Source of the DNA: Camelus dromedarius
Taxonomy: Eukaryota
NCBI RefSeq assembly: GCF_036321535.1
Contig: NC_087436.1
Span: 66,714,001 to 66,778,000, forward strand
Direction: 5' to 3'
Length of the DNA stretch: 64,000 nt
Shown here piece after piece: positions 1 to 13,320 of the stretch. Below the pieces are notes generated by a model that saw only the letters and a list, made by a program, of their open reading frames with translations, had not been told where the DNA came from and did not search any database. How positions within the stretch are numbered: position 1 is the first letter of the stretch; every line of letters starts with the position of its first letter. The position numbers and the translations under genes are program-made.

Positions 1-319
1 TTGAAGAAAGATGGGGCATGGTGTGATAATTTTAGACAAGCTGAGTGAGTAACCAGGCAGACATTTAATCAGAGACCTTAAGAATAATGAACCCTATTGT
101 AAAATGATTATAAATCAATAAAAAATGTTAAAAAAAAAAAAAAGAATAATGAGCCCTACAAAATGCAGGGGAAGGAGTGTTCCTGGTGTAGGAAAGAGCA
201 CATACAATGATCCTGAGGTAGACAGTAGCTTGCAGATCTATGCGACAAGAGCAAAAAGAGTACAAGAGCAAAAAAAGAGTGAGGGAAGTACTTATAGCAA
301 ATGTATTCTTGTCCGTAGT

Positions 320-440
320 TATTACAGATGAAGAGGCTGAGGCTGGAGATGTGCACCAACTTTCCCAAAGTCACACAGCTAGTAAGTGACAGAGCCAGGT
401 TTTGTGCTACGTCTATAGCCCAGGGGTCTGAATGTCTAAC
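320..440 (-). mobile_element. MIR SINE fragment
   Basis: ttacagatgaagaggctgaggct...cccaaagtcacacagctagtaagtgacagagccagg matches the MIR core in reverse. Confidence 0.8.
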
Positions 441-1432
441 ATAAAAAGTGCTGAAATGAATGAGAAGATGAATAAGTGAATGTTGGAAAAGGGACCTATA
501 TGAACTATTAAAACTCATCTGATCAGCCAAAATATCAAAACTAGTTCTGGTAATAGGAACATTCCTTAAGGTAATAGTCATGTGAATGTGTGAACGCTAG
601 CCACTAAAGTGATACAGGCATGTATTGCCACCAGCTGGGAATAAACTTTGAGTTTAGGTTTAAGAAATAAATTTGTGCTAAAAATCCTGTTGTGAAAGCA
701 AACACATTAGATTTCACATCCATGTAATTTAGTAGTTAGATGACTCCTTACTATTTTTTAAAGCTGTCGTCTATGATAACACCATTGTTTTGGTTACGTA
801 GTAGAATTTGTCTAGTGTTAGAATAGATTTCCATTTAGTTCATAATAAATAGAAATCAGATTATGTTATCTCTAGATTCGACTATATTATGAAGCTATTA
901 CCATCAATATATTTTATCCACTGGCCAAAAGATACAAAAAAGTTAATCTTCTGAAAGTAATCTCTCAGAACTACTCCCTAGACTGAACCTTTGGAAAAGT
1001 AAGTGAAAATATTAGGAAAGTCCTATTACAAATTGCTTGCTTACAAATACAAGATGTCACTGACTAAAGGATATTCAACAACTACTTTAAGTCATGATTT
1101 TTAATATTTTGTGGTCAGGTAATCCTTTGAGAATTTAATGATGCTGGTGAGTACTCTCTCCAGAATTCCAGGTTTTGCACTGTTCCCCAATTCTCCAAGG
1201 CTGTCATCCAGAGGCATTAAATAATGTTCACAAGGTTAATAATGCCTGTTTTTGACTGTTGGTTCTAGGTCATTTCTTCAGAAATATCCATGTAAAATTG
1301 TTATATGTGTTTCTTTTATTTCATTTATTCTCCAATTTTCTGAGTCCTACATATATGTACTTCCATTTTTATACCTCTTTTTTTCACACATTACACATAA
1401 CATCCTTAATCTAAAGTTTAGCAAAATGCATC

Positions 1433-1454
1433 TGTGTGTGTGTGTGTGTGTGTG
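1433..1454. repeat. (TG)n microsatellite
   Basis: Direct reading. Confidence 0.95.
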
Positions 1455-3269
1455 CACAATGCTTTCTTGATTTTCAGTCTTATTTCCAGGACCCAGCGGA
1501 CTCTTTTCCCTCAGTTCCTCAGGGGGATGCATTGTGCTGATGCACTCGTTTCTACTAAGATGCTCTCTCCATCAAAAGCTGCTTGTTACACACTTTGTTT
1601 TTTTCTCAGAAAAGCTCCATTTCCCCAGTCTGCTGCCTTCTTTGACTTAGAATATTCAAAGAGTAATTCTGTAACTTTTAATATCAAATGGCACATTCAC
1701 CAGGGCAATAATTTTTGTTTTACTGTTTTATTCAGTGAACCCTTATTTTAGGGCCATATCCTAAGTATCAGAAAATAATGCAATATAATGCACAGTTCAA
1801 AGAGAGTGAATTTGAGTAATTTGTTTTTATTTGTCTTAGGGACCACTCAGCTCCGTCCAGCTGCATCATAATTGTGCTAGTGCACTGGTCTCCAGGCAAA
1901 GCAGGCGTGAGTATGGATGAATCATTCAGATATAATACCACTGATACGACCCAGAGGGGATATATTCTTGTCACTGTTTTCCCACAGTAACACTGGTTGA
2001 GAAAATACAGCATTCTTATAGTTAACTTGAGGAGTGTTCACACAAATGACAATTCACTCTCAGAATTACCATGTGGTAGTAGTAATAATGCCTACCAGGT
2101 AAGAGAGTTCCATGGTCACACGTCTGGAGACTCATTGAACTAAACTTATTAGTTGAGGCTTTGTATTTCTAAAATGTTTTGTGATGCTCCAATAGAGAAT
2201 AATATAAGCAAAGTTTTCAAAACCTATTTGAAGTCGACCTTCGGACCATTTTTTTTTTTTCATATAGAACAAGGAGCATTTATTTGTTGGAAACTTTCTT
2301 TTTGTGTTATGGACAATCAGGACCATGTGCTTTGATGGAACTGAAGGGACAGTTCATGAATAAACATGAGGGACATTCATCAAATCTTGAGAAAGATCTG
2401 TGCTTCCCCACAGACATTAGATCCTAATTTCTTGTCCCTTCTTCAGCATTAACAAAGCGAAGGACTGAGAAATCTGCCACATATCTGTCCTGAAAACACA
2501 CTGAGGCTGCACATTTCTGAAATATTTTCTTTGATATTAATACTCATTATAACTGTATTTCACATACTTGTAGAGAAAAAAACGGATGATTGAAAAACAT
2601 TTGTTCTTTGGTCTGACCGCCATACTTGATGTGGTTAGAGCTGTTACCACTCCAGGGAGCACGCAGTAAATCAGTTTACTTTATCCTTATATCAGAGTGA
2701 AAACCCTTCAAGGTTTATCCTTTCAAATGACTGTGACTAAATTTTTTATTATCTTGAAAAAATATTTTCAGTATAATCCAAATCAATTTGTTTGCTGACA
2801 TGGTTTCAGAGCACCGTGGGGTATGTCTATTTATTTGGACAAAAGATCAGTTAATCTGATGCCTTCTAAATTTTTCTTTCACGATTCAAAATTATACTAT
2901 GTTACAAAATTTTGGATAAAAATATGCTGTATGTTTATAATTGATTGCTCAACGGTGTAAGAGTCCTATTAAATCCCCACCATAAAAATGTATACAATAA
3001 AGTATCAAGCAAGAGTGTCTCTTTGGTTCTGGGTGATATATTTAATTTTCTAGGCTACATTTCCTACTCAGTATGATCTTTGAATTTTTCTTATTTTTTC
3101 TACATTTGCTGGTAATATATCCTGAGAAATATTCAATCTGAAACTAATAACATTTTACAAGTTTTAGATGGATCTGAGGGCAAACAAAATTTAAAATATA
3201 AATTTTGGATATCTACTTTGTCAACTACATATAAGGTAGTATCTTCTATTGGGAGTATGGAATAAAATA

Positions 3270-3740
3270 TAAATTGTGTTGCAGGTAAGGAAGTCAGTTT
3301 GGGATATGCTGATTTTAAAATGCATACATTACAGCCAGTTGGAGAGTTTTAGTAAAAATGTATACACATGGAGCTATATTTTGGGAGAAAGATAGGCATT
3401 GAAGATTCAGTATGGAATTCCATTCCCACACATGTTAAAATTGAAGATTTGTGAGTTGACGCAACTTCCAAGGGAAAGTATACAGCATGGGATTGAAAGG
3501 GTACTAAAGACACAATCCTGCAATTTCACTATTTAAAAGGAAGGCAGAATAATAAAAGATAGAGGAAATGACTGAAGATAAATGAGCAGAAATGTAGGCA
3601 AAGCAAGAAAGACTGAGTTCTTGGATGCCAAGAAAGGGGGGATATATGAGGTAGACATAAAATCAAAAGGAACTTTTTAATGTTATTAAGATGCTCGTCA
3701 AGATGAGAATAGAGGAACTGAGGAAAGAAAGTCAATAAAA
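3270..3740 (-). mobile_element. Degenerate L2 LINE fragment
   Basis: Purine-rich tract with gtcagtttgggatatgctga and cttggatgccaagaaagg, resembling L2 in reverse; boundaries approximate. Confidence 0.45.
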
Positions 3741-3819
3741 TATGCCATCAGGTCCAAGGGCCACAGGGGGCACATTTAAACACTTGTGTACTTTTAAATA
3801 ATGACAGAAAAAAATAACA

Positions 3820-4156
3820 CCAACACACTGTTCTGCTTTATCTATGTAAACTCTGTCTCAGAATAACTAAATAGTTGATCAAGGGAAATTAATTTTTATA
3901 AAAGTAGTATAGCAATTAAATGGAGAAAGAATGATGAAAATCACCACTTGAAATTATTAAATGGATAACAATTTGGCCATGATCATCAGTTGCTGTTAAC
4001 ATCATAGAAAGATAGCTTGACTTTAAGTGTGTACTAACACAAGTACCTATGATTTTTTAAAAAAATCAAACCTGAATCTGACTCACCTGAATCTATAAGC
4101 CCAACTGTGAATTTACAGGAAATAAAAGGAATATTTGGATACTGATTCAAGGGAAC

Positions 4157-4198
<42 letters not shown>

Positions 4199-4520
4199 CA
4201 TAATAAACAGGGAAATACTGGTTGGATATTTGAAAATATTTTTAAAGATTGTGAAATTTTAGGTAGTGCAGTAGTACTATGCTTATATTTTAAAAAATCT
4301 ATTTTGGAGATACACACTGAAATATTTATTTATGAAGTGATACAGTAACTGGCATTTTTTTTTTTTTAATCTGAGAGAGGAAAGAGTCTGTGGAATTACA
4401 TACAAAACAAGATTGGCATTGGTTTGATAATTTTCGAAGCTGGCTTATATGTACAAGGGAATTTATTAACATTTTATCAAATTTTATATGTTTGAAAGTT
4501 TTGATAACATTAACTTAAAA
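3820..4520 (+). mobile_element. Ancient L1 (L1MC/L1ME-type) 3' region containing a 37-nt A run (4160-4196)
   Basis: aactgtaaaa...gacat...gggaaat...ggatatttga; ggagatacacactgaaatattta; ttttatatgtttgaaagttttgataa resemble old L1M 3' ends. Confidence 0.6.
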
Positions 4521-4639
4521 CGAATATAGAGTGAGAGGAATGAGTGTAGTGAAATTAATAAAAGGAAGAAATAAGAATGTTAAGGTAACTCATGTTTCAA
4601 CAGTGAGGAAATGGTAGAGTAGGATGAATAAAGATACAC

Positions 4640-4850
4640 AACATTTACTGAAGTTATTATGTGGTGGGCATTATGTGGTGGGTACTTTCACTCTCTAGTT
4701 CCATATTCTTACAGTCTTATAACAGTCGTATTATTTCCTCATTTAATAGATAAGGAACTGGAAGCAGGGATGTTAAATGGCTTGCCTGGGATCACACAAC
4801 AATTAAGTGACAGCAGGATAGGACACGGTGGCTCCAGGCAGCCACAGTGC
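4640..4850 (-). mobile_element. MIR SINE
   Basis: tattatttcctcatttaatagataaggaactggaagc...gttaaatggcttgcctgggatcacaca. Confidence 0.75.
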
Positions 4851-5014
4851 TACGTGCTCCCTCACATAGATGTGCAGGGTAAGGTAAAGGGAGCCACGGA
4901 GACTGAAGCTGAGGATATTCAAGGGCAGATTCCACAACATGTGGGGAAAAGAGCATCACCTGGAACTCCGAGGCAAGGGTTAACGTTAAAAGAGAGAAGG
5001 GATAATGAGTTAGG

Positions 5015-5175
5015 GGATATGATGCAAATCACTTAACTTGCATGGGTTCCATTTCCTCCTTTGTTCAAAAGAAAAATAGAGTAAAAGTCTTACTCAAAGA
5101 ACTCTTGTGAGGATTGAATGAAAATTTTTACTTTCTGGAAACTAAAGATCACTAAGAAACTTCAAGTTGACATTA
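5015..5175 (+). mobile_element. MIR SINE fragment
   Basis: gcaaatcacttaac...tttcctcctttgt...ttgtgaggattgaatga. Confidence 0.6.
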
Positions 5176-5789
5176 ATCCCAACATACTAGTATTTTTCAC
5201 AGTCAACTATTAAGAAAACTAGAGGGATGATTTAAGAACTAATAACTCTTGCTGTGAAAAAAAATTTCATCCATATTTCAGTATTTTTGCCAACTTCATT
5301 CCAATTCATTATTTTTATCTGCTAAATTCAAGTAAAAATACATTTAGTATTTTATATAAAACTCTGCTTAATTTGAATGACTACTGTGGATTTTCATTAA
5401 CATCAACTTATTTTACTTTCAATAATAATAATTTGGCAGTGAATCACCTGTAGACTTGAAAGTTTCATAATTGAAGTTCAGAAATCACAGTTTGAATTAA
5501 GTAATATATATTTATGACAATTTTCTAACCTTGCAGTTGAGAAAACTCTGACATATACTAGAAAAATATACTGCATTAGATTGTGCTGTGACTCAGTGGT
5601 AGATCACAAATAAGAAAAATTATTCTCAACTCCCAAAGTCTGGCTTATTCTGAAAACTGAATATGTTAGGAATGTATCAGTCAGACCCTGGTTCCCACCC
5701 AAGGTTTACATTTTTTCTCATTAACCTTCAGTTCTTACATCAATTAAATTAGGTTGGCTGAAATAAATCCATTATCTAGATAGCATGGT

Positions 5790-6005
5790 GTGGAGTCAGA
5801 ATAGTGTGGTAAAAATTTCATGCTTTTGGTCTCAAATAACTGTGGATTTAATCCTACCTTTAATGAGAAGTCGGGCCTTGGGCAATTTCTTAACAGTTTT
5901 GAGTCATGGTTTCCTCCTCAGTAAAGCAGAGACAATAAAGTGTATCTCAAAAATAAGTGTGAAAAATTCTAACACAAAATAGTGTGTTTTTGTTAAATGT
6001 GAACT
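5790..6005 (+). mobile_element. MIR SINE
   Basis: gccttgggcaatttcttaac...ggtttcctcctcagtaaagcagagacaataa. Confidence 0.7.
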
Positions 6006-6759
6006 TTTTACCACCACCTCATCCCTCCTACCTGGTCAAGAGCGCCTATCGGATTGGGCGACAGTCCTGTTTATCACAGTCTTTACTCTGTGGCAAAGCA
6101 AGAGCAAGAACAGTCTACTTGCTGAAAGAATTCCATCTTTACATGAGAGTAAAAAGCAAATACCCTTGTAATAGTGATTTTATACACAAAGGAGTTATGG
6201 ATAATTTCCATAGGCATAGTGATGTCACTTTTTATGAATATAAATGCAAACAAAATACAAATATGATTCATTTCCGTGAATACAGCAGATTATTGGTTGG
6301 CTATTCTCTTTACAAAAGGAGACCAATATGGCACCATACACAAAGGAGAGGGAGCGTTTGTGCTTAACGACATCCCTTCCTGTAAGAATGAAACTCTTCA
6401 CCCCAGGCCACCAGCAGAGGCTTGTTGATGAGAAAGTCATAGGAAAGTCTCTTTTTGTAGACAGTACAGTTTCTTGGTTATTTTTTTTCAAGTAATGTTG
6501 TATAACACTGTCACAAATAAACTTCTAATTAGGTTTCACATAATTATGCTAGTGTCCTACAATCTCAGTATAGAACTCCAGTTGCAAAACCATATTTGAA
6601 TGCAAAGATTCATGAATATGTTTTTGAGGAAACTGGATGTTAATTGCAGTTTAAATATTTTGCAAATTCCAATATTTTTATCAGAAGGAACCAAAATCAT
6701 TATACAAAGATTCTAAGTTTAAAATCTTTAGGGAAGGGTCAAGTATGACAATTGGAATT

Positions 6760-9700
6760 AACTGTATTCAAAGTCTTTTTTTTTATTTTCTGAAAAAATA
6801 TAAAATTTCGTATCTTACACTACAAAAACATGTACACAAACCAAATGCACATAGAGCTTCAAATGGGGAAAAAATACAGAAATGCTGATTCTTCCTTGAA
6901 TTAACACTGAGGCAGGGACTTGAGATGTCCCCATGCCTAACAGAGAATAAGATTCGTTATACAGCTGCTTCTGACCTGCCTGAAACGAAAACATTTCAAT
7001 AAACAGATTAACAAATGACTGAGTCTAGCTTTTAATTCTTTATAAATGAAATTTACACACTTTAAAATAAGTAATTGTAAAACTATAGCAGTCTAAATAT
7101 GCACAAACATTTTGACCACTGAAACTTCTACTGATAATATAGCCCAGCTTGAATAAACATGACATATTTTGCCACCTTCAATTTTTTTCATTTACATTTA
7201 AAAGAGACAAATGACATTTGATTCTGATTATTATAAACGGACTCTTTTTTTTTTTTAAGGAATTGGTGTCTTCTCCTAAGCAATAATTATGTGGTCATTT
7301 TGAACAAGAACATTCAATCATTTATGTGTAAAAAGACTTTTTCATAAATGAACAAGAAATAAAAAGAAACTTCTTATCTATTTCTGCTTTGATACATTAC
7401 TATATAATTAACAGCATAATAGAGAAAAATATTCAATGTAACCAGCTGTGCTACAGAGTTGAAAAAATGATGACTAGTTATTAATTTCAAATAAAACTAG
7501 CACTTTGTTTATTCATTATCATCATCATCATCTTATTGTACCTACTTCTTAATTTATTTTGAGGTTAAACATCTGGCAGGACATAAGCAAAGACAATTTA
7601 CTATCATATTTAGCTTTCTTTCTTCTTATTTTCAGAAAGAACAAAATGAGAAAAGGATCTTATTCCACTATGCAACATCATACATCTAGTAAATTTCTAA
7701 CATCTGACTCAAATGGCTTTTGCCATTCAATGCACAATTACAGCCCAAAATTTCTTCCACAGGTAAATATCTCTGCTTGTGCTTCTGAAAACCCACTTTA
7801 AATGGGAGAAAGAATGGTGTTAAAAAAATCTTTAACTTTCACGTGGAGGTTAGATAGCAGACATGCAAATACACTAAGTGCTCAACTGATATTAATTTTC
7901 CATTTTAAACTTGAGATAGGAAACTATTTCTTCATCATTGCACACTGGTTAAAACTCTTCTACATACTGAGTTAAGGATGTTCTGCATTGTTTTGGCAAC
8001 TCTGAAACTACTAATGCTGGCCACATTAAAGTTTAGATAGAATATTGGAATATAATTTTTACAGTTATCCTACAACTTTAGAACACTGACTTAGTGAATC
8101 AAATACAAGAAATAAAAGACCATGCACATTCATTTTTTTAAATGGGAAAAATCAAAGTTTTTACATTTTTACATACAATTCATACATTTCAATGGCCAAG
8201 AAGAATAACTATATGTCATGAGCAAATGGCGAGATTAGGAAACAAATTATAATTGATAGAAGTAGTAATTGAGTGACTTCAACAGGTGTCAGTAAGTTGA
8301 AAATTACTCCTTGCTTGTGCCTATTTTTCTAAGTTAAACGCCGAGAAAGACTTATGCCCTAAAGGTATTGCTACTAATAGTTAAAATAACATTATGTTTA
8401 ATTTGACAAATCCATCTTTTGTACTAAAATTACTTTATCTATATTTTATTTTTAGTTGTCTGGTAGGTGACAATATGAAGCAAGAGGATAAGAAATCACA
8501 CAATCAAGATTTGTCAAACCTTGCCCCGGATCACTGCCTCACTGCATATCGTAAAAGCTGCCTGTCTCTTTATTCCACTTCTCACATTCATAGATGAGAT
8601 TGGCACTTCCCAATTGGTGACATATCCAGTGGTGAACACATGTTTTTGAAAGGAAATCTTTCCTCTTTTGGGGCGGAGGAATACCTCTTCTCAAATCATA
8701 TGGACATTCCTTAGAAAATTCTCAACCAAAGTGAGATATGGATGAAAGCTATGTGTCTGTTTAACTTTCATCTCAATCTACTGTCCAAAATATACACCAA
8801 AGCTGCAAAGGAAGCAAATAAATTGAATCCAAATTAATTTATAATGTTCTTTAGTGAAAAAGAGGAAATCTATACTGTAACTTCAAATTTTAATCACTCC
8901 AACATACTCCATCCATCCTGACCTCCCAATCATCTTTGAACATGTAAGTCTGGAAAACAACTTAAATATATTTATGATGTATAAGTATTGTGGCCAGTCT
9001 GTCAGCTCTAAAATTTACGATAGCTTCTCTTAAATCAATAAATCTATTCTTAATTTGAAGTTTCTCAATTGTTACTTTATCATTTAGATTTGATTGGTTT
9101 TTACAAAATTCAATAAATGCAACACAATCTCCAACTATTTTGTACAAAAGAAATTAGTTTAGTTACTTTTATGCTTCCTGAAATGAACAAATGCATCTTT
9201 AATCATGGTGATGCCTGTTTACTTGTGATTTTATCAAGACAAAGTTAAATCCATCTCTGTCTGTTTTCTATGGGAATGTCAGTTAACAGAGTATACTAGC
9301 ATTTAGTTTGTGTGGATTCCTTGGTACACTATAGACCCAATAAGGAATTATACCCCTAATTGGACAAGACTCAATATAGCATTTGCAAATTGTTTTAAAC
9401 ATTTTCTTTTCCTTTCCCCTCACCCTCATTCTTTAGTAAAGAGCTACTTAAGTAAAAAGTGGACAGAGTAGAAGTTATGTCCCCAAAGTTTCTTCTTGTA
9501 TATGCTAACATTCAACTGAAACAGGTGCTTGGGAAAGAGAGAGGGAGTACCAACAATATAGTGCAGGTATATTCCCTATGGATGTCCCTGATGCAGGCTA
9601 CTCCAATACACTACTGCCATTGATAATCGTAAGTAGGCTGTATTTTGTTTACATGCTGTGCTCCTTGAATAATCATGTCATTCCATAATTTATACAGTGT

Positions 9701-11262
9701 AATAATACAAAAAACTTGGTTATTTCACCAAGGAGCTCAGTTTTGTTCAAGTTCTAATAAACTGTTTAATTTGTACCACAAATGTCAGTCTTCACCAAGA
9801 GTGGTATATAGAATGTTTGTAGGACATATATTTCTTAATAAGGCCAATTAAATAATACTTTGGATTGGCTCATCAAAACAGAGTCAATTTGATATAGCTG
9901 AACACAAGATGAAATTATCAAATGAATAAACAACAAATAAAAATTGTCAAGTCTTGATATAGAGACAATTCTAAAGGGAAAAAAATATACATATTTGTCA
10001 TCATTCCATTGCTGCTTTAGTATCAAAATTTCTAGAGCTGAGCAACAAGGGGAATGGTTACAAAGGATTAACACTTAGGGGTAACGCTTGGTGCCATGTG
10101 CTGGATTTAACAACCTTAACAGAAGTCTGCACAGTTAAATCCTTCTACATCCTGCTGAAAATGTGCCCTTCGGAGTCAACTTTGCTTGACGAGATATTTT
10201 CTGGGACTCAGAAAGGTGAAATTTCTTACAGTGGTGCAAGATTAATGGCCAGAAGAACCGCATTGTCACAGATATCAGAAAGAGTTTTTAAAACGCTAAA
10301 AGGGATTTAGTCTTATAGAAATTCCCTGTTAGTGAATAAGGAGATTTAGTAGCTTTTGGACGCATGAGAGAAAAAAAAGACATGAGCCTGTGTTGAATTT
10401 TGTTTGACCACTTCCTTATTTCTCCTATTCCTATTCTACTCGGGAACACTTGTTCCAGATGTTGCTAAATGAAAACACTATTAACGTTGCAAGCAGAATG
10501 GTAATATGCATATGTGCGCGCGTGCACTCACACACACAAAACTACAACTTAAATTGATTCCTGGGTATATAGCAAATTATACAGTATATATACATTGATT
10601 ACCTAGTAGTTTCTAGAAGAGCAACTAAACGTAAATTTTATAACACAGAAAAATAAATATACACCCTGTATTGAACTTGTCCTTGATCAAGCAATGTTTA
10701 TACACTGGTTTCTATAACTTAACGCTGTGTAACAGCATTTAAAATTACAAAAGAAGATCTCTATTTAGAAATTATCTAACCATATTGCTCTTCAATACAC
10801 TTACGTAGACAATTAAGACTTGAAGTAAACGTCAGTAAATTGCAGCTTGTGTTAGGCCACAAATGGCTATAAAATTTTCCTTTCAAGTAGATTCTTGGAA
10901 GTTTTGAAAGGGGCTGCCTTAATTCAGTCTATAAAGGTGCTATATATACTTATATATTTCCTGTATAAAATTTGTAGTAGTGAGAAGGACTTTGCTGTTG
11001 TAATATAAGATAAGGTTTAACCTCATGTTCGTATCCTACGCAGGTTACACTTGCTTCATGAAAAAATGAAGACACTGAGAGGAAGATAAAGAGATTTTAG
11101 TAAAACACTGATTACAAATTCTGTGGCTGAAACAAATGCTCTTTTAAGGTTTAGAAATCACTGAGTTTTCCCTTTTTCCCCCCTTTTTTTGTTAAAATAA
11201 ATCTCAGGGCTTGTTTACAAAGTGCAGAATCATTCACTTGACGAAGTGACAATAAAAGAAAG
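6760..11262 (-). other. EPHA5: EPHA5 3' UTR (~4.5 kb if the distal signal is used; end inferred)
   Basis: Follows the stop codon; AT-rich with no recognisable transposons, in contrast to the MIR/L1/L2-rich region below ~6000; AATAAA at 6787-6782. Confidence 0.6.
6782..6787 (-). terminator. Candidate distal polyadenylation signal AATAAA
   Basis: tttatt on plus strand; UGUA elements ~40-50 nt upstream on the mRNA strand (6821-6836). Confidence 0.5.
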
Positions 11263-11368
11263 TTACAACGGCACCATCCCGTTGACCAGCTGCACCTTCA
11301 TTTCTTGAAGGCTGTTCATAATCTTCTTCTGGTGACCGACAAGAGTCACTCCAAGTCGTCTCAAATCC
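11263..11368 (-). CDS. EPHA5: EPHA5 terminal coding exon (~18), [34 protein letters not shown]
   Basis: ttcttcatgcAG acceptor; SAM C-terminal helix GHQKKI; TAA stop at 11265-11263; hydrophobic PDZ-type tail VPL. Confidence 0.96.
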
Positions 11369-12894
11369 CTGCATGAAGAAAGCACACATTGGATGTATGT
11401 ATTGATTCAATTTGTAGCATACCTCAACATTTCACGCTGGCAAAGAAGCAAACATTTTGCAGAAACTAATTAGATTACAGTCCCAATTTAGACATACAGG
11501 GTCCAATTTTCAAAAGCAGGCTCTAAAATTGTACCTGAAAATCTGTTTGCAGTCACAGAAATATTTATCACAAGAGTGATATTTATTTGCCCCCCTTTCT
11601 GGACATGATGGTTTTGGTGGCAGAGAGTGGTGAAAAACAAATTTGCATATGCTCACTGATAAATGTTTAAATTAAAGGGTACAATTTCATTGAACGGTTC
11701 TGAAAATGTGGACCTACAATATGAACAAGTACTTTTTCTTTTTGCTAAAAGAAGTAAGCATAAAATACACTTAAGAAAATTTCATAGCTAAGCAGTTAGT
11801 TGAAGACCAAACTTTTCAAATGACTCAGTCAGCACAATCATTTTATATAACAGATATCTTTAGGGGATAATAACACTCCATTGCTCTTGTAACACTTACA
11901 AATGTTTTAGTTTTTACTTGGAATCCAAAGTAGCAGCGCTTTCTTCCTTTACCAAATACATCTAGGCTCTGTCGGCATTTAGAGCATTCTGAAGATTACA
12001 CGCTATCAAGAAGTCTTTTTAACCAAGATGCTTTAATATTGCTTCTTTTAAACAATCCTATTATTCAAAAGGAAGTTACAAATGTTTAGTTTCCTCAACT
12101 CAAGGAGCTCAAGGCCAGTGCTCATGGTTTTTAAATGTTATTTCACAGGATGCTCAGGAATTCTATTTTCCCAAAATATGCACTTGGCAAATATAATGAT
12201 GCAGGAATGTTTGACAAATGATAACATTAATTATAAAAAAAGAGCAGGAGAAATTCAAGATTTTTAAATGACAAAGATGTTTACTATGTTAGATTTCTTT
12301 AGATAATTACTCTATTGAACACATTATGTGAAAAGTAGAATATTTTTGCACTTAGTAAATGTATTTATTTCAGATAGTTTTGGAATTCTTTAGAATTGGA
12401 TACAATGACACTAGGATCATAACATGTAAAATTGAATAGCTTTGGAAGTTCAAAGAAATCTTAATTATCAGAGTGTAAAAATTAAATAAATGGGTATTTA
12501 AGCTCCATATGTATTAGTATTGGAAATAATTGTCTATTTAAATAATATCTTAGGTGTCCTTTTCTTTTTATGCTCTCAATTTTTTATGAGAGTTTTAGCA
12601 AATGGCAAATCGCTAAAAAAAAAGCAATGGATACCAATGGTGGAAGCATATTTCTTTCTTAAAATGTAAATATTGAACATTAAACTTAGAAGTTATTAAA
12701 CACCAGAGTACCAAATAAAAAATAATAATGGTAGGTTCAGAAGACAATCATCAGCAAAACTTAAAAACCACTAAAATTTCAGTTTGAAAACAAAATCAAC
12801 ATTGTTAGTTATGAATAGAGTATAAAATAACTAATTACAAGCTAACACAGGAATAAAAAAAGCTTGGGTTCAATCTTGTGTCTTTTCAATGAAA

Positions 12895-13105
12895 TCAGGG
12901 CCTTGCCCTGTTAACATCACTGCCTGGATAATTTTTTGTTGTAGGGGCGACCCTGTGCATTGTAGGACATCTAGCAGCATCCCTGACCTCTTCCCAGTAA
13001 ATACCAGAAGTGCTGTGCAGCCCCTGGCCCTTTGTTGTGACAAGATGTCTCCAGACATTGCCAAATGTCCCGAGTGGAAAATTTTCCACTCATTGAGAAC
13101 CACTG
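12895..13105 (-). mobile_element. MER20 hAT-Charlie DNA transposon (near full length)
   Basis: Reverse complement reads CAGTGGTTCTCAA...GGGACATTTGGCAATGTCTGGAGACAT...GGGATGCTGCTAGATGTCCTACAATGCACAGG, as in the MER20 consensus. Confidence 0.9.
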
Positions 13106-13149
13106 CTATAAATATAAAAATAGGTGACAAGACTTCTTCTTGGTATATG

Positions 13150-13320
13150 CTAGGAAAATATATAACCTTATGATACAGATATTTGTTAATCTCCTTTTAT
13201 GGATGAGGACACAAGGTCTTAGAGAACTTAAATCCCTTGGCTAAATACCACAGCTAGTCTTAGCAAAGCTGGGACTAAAACCAGGAACCTGAGACAAAAG
13301 TCCATACTCTTAATTTCTCA
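13150..13320 (-). mobile_element. MIR SINE
   Basis: ttttatggatgaggacacaagg...ccacagctagt...aaagctgggactaaaaccagg. Confidence 0.65.

Noticed and set aside
12870..13173. Three overlapping ORFs on both strands
   Set aside because: All derive from the GC-richer MER20 element.
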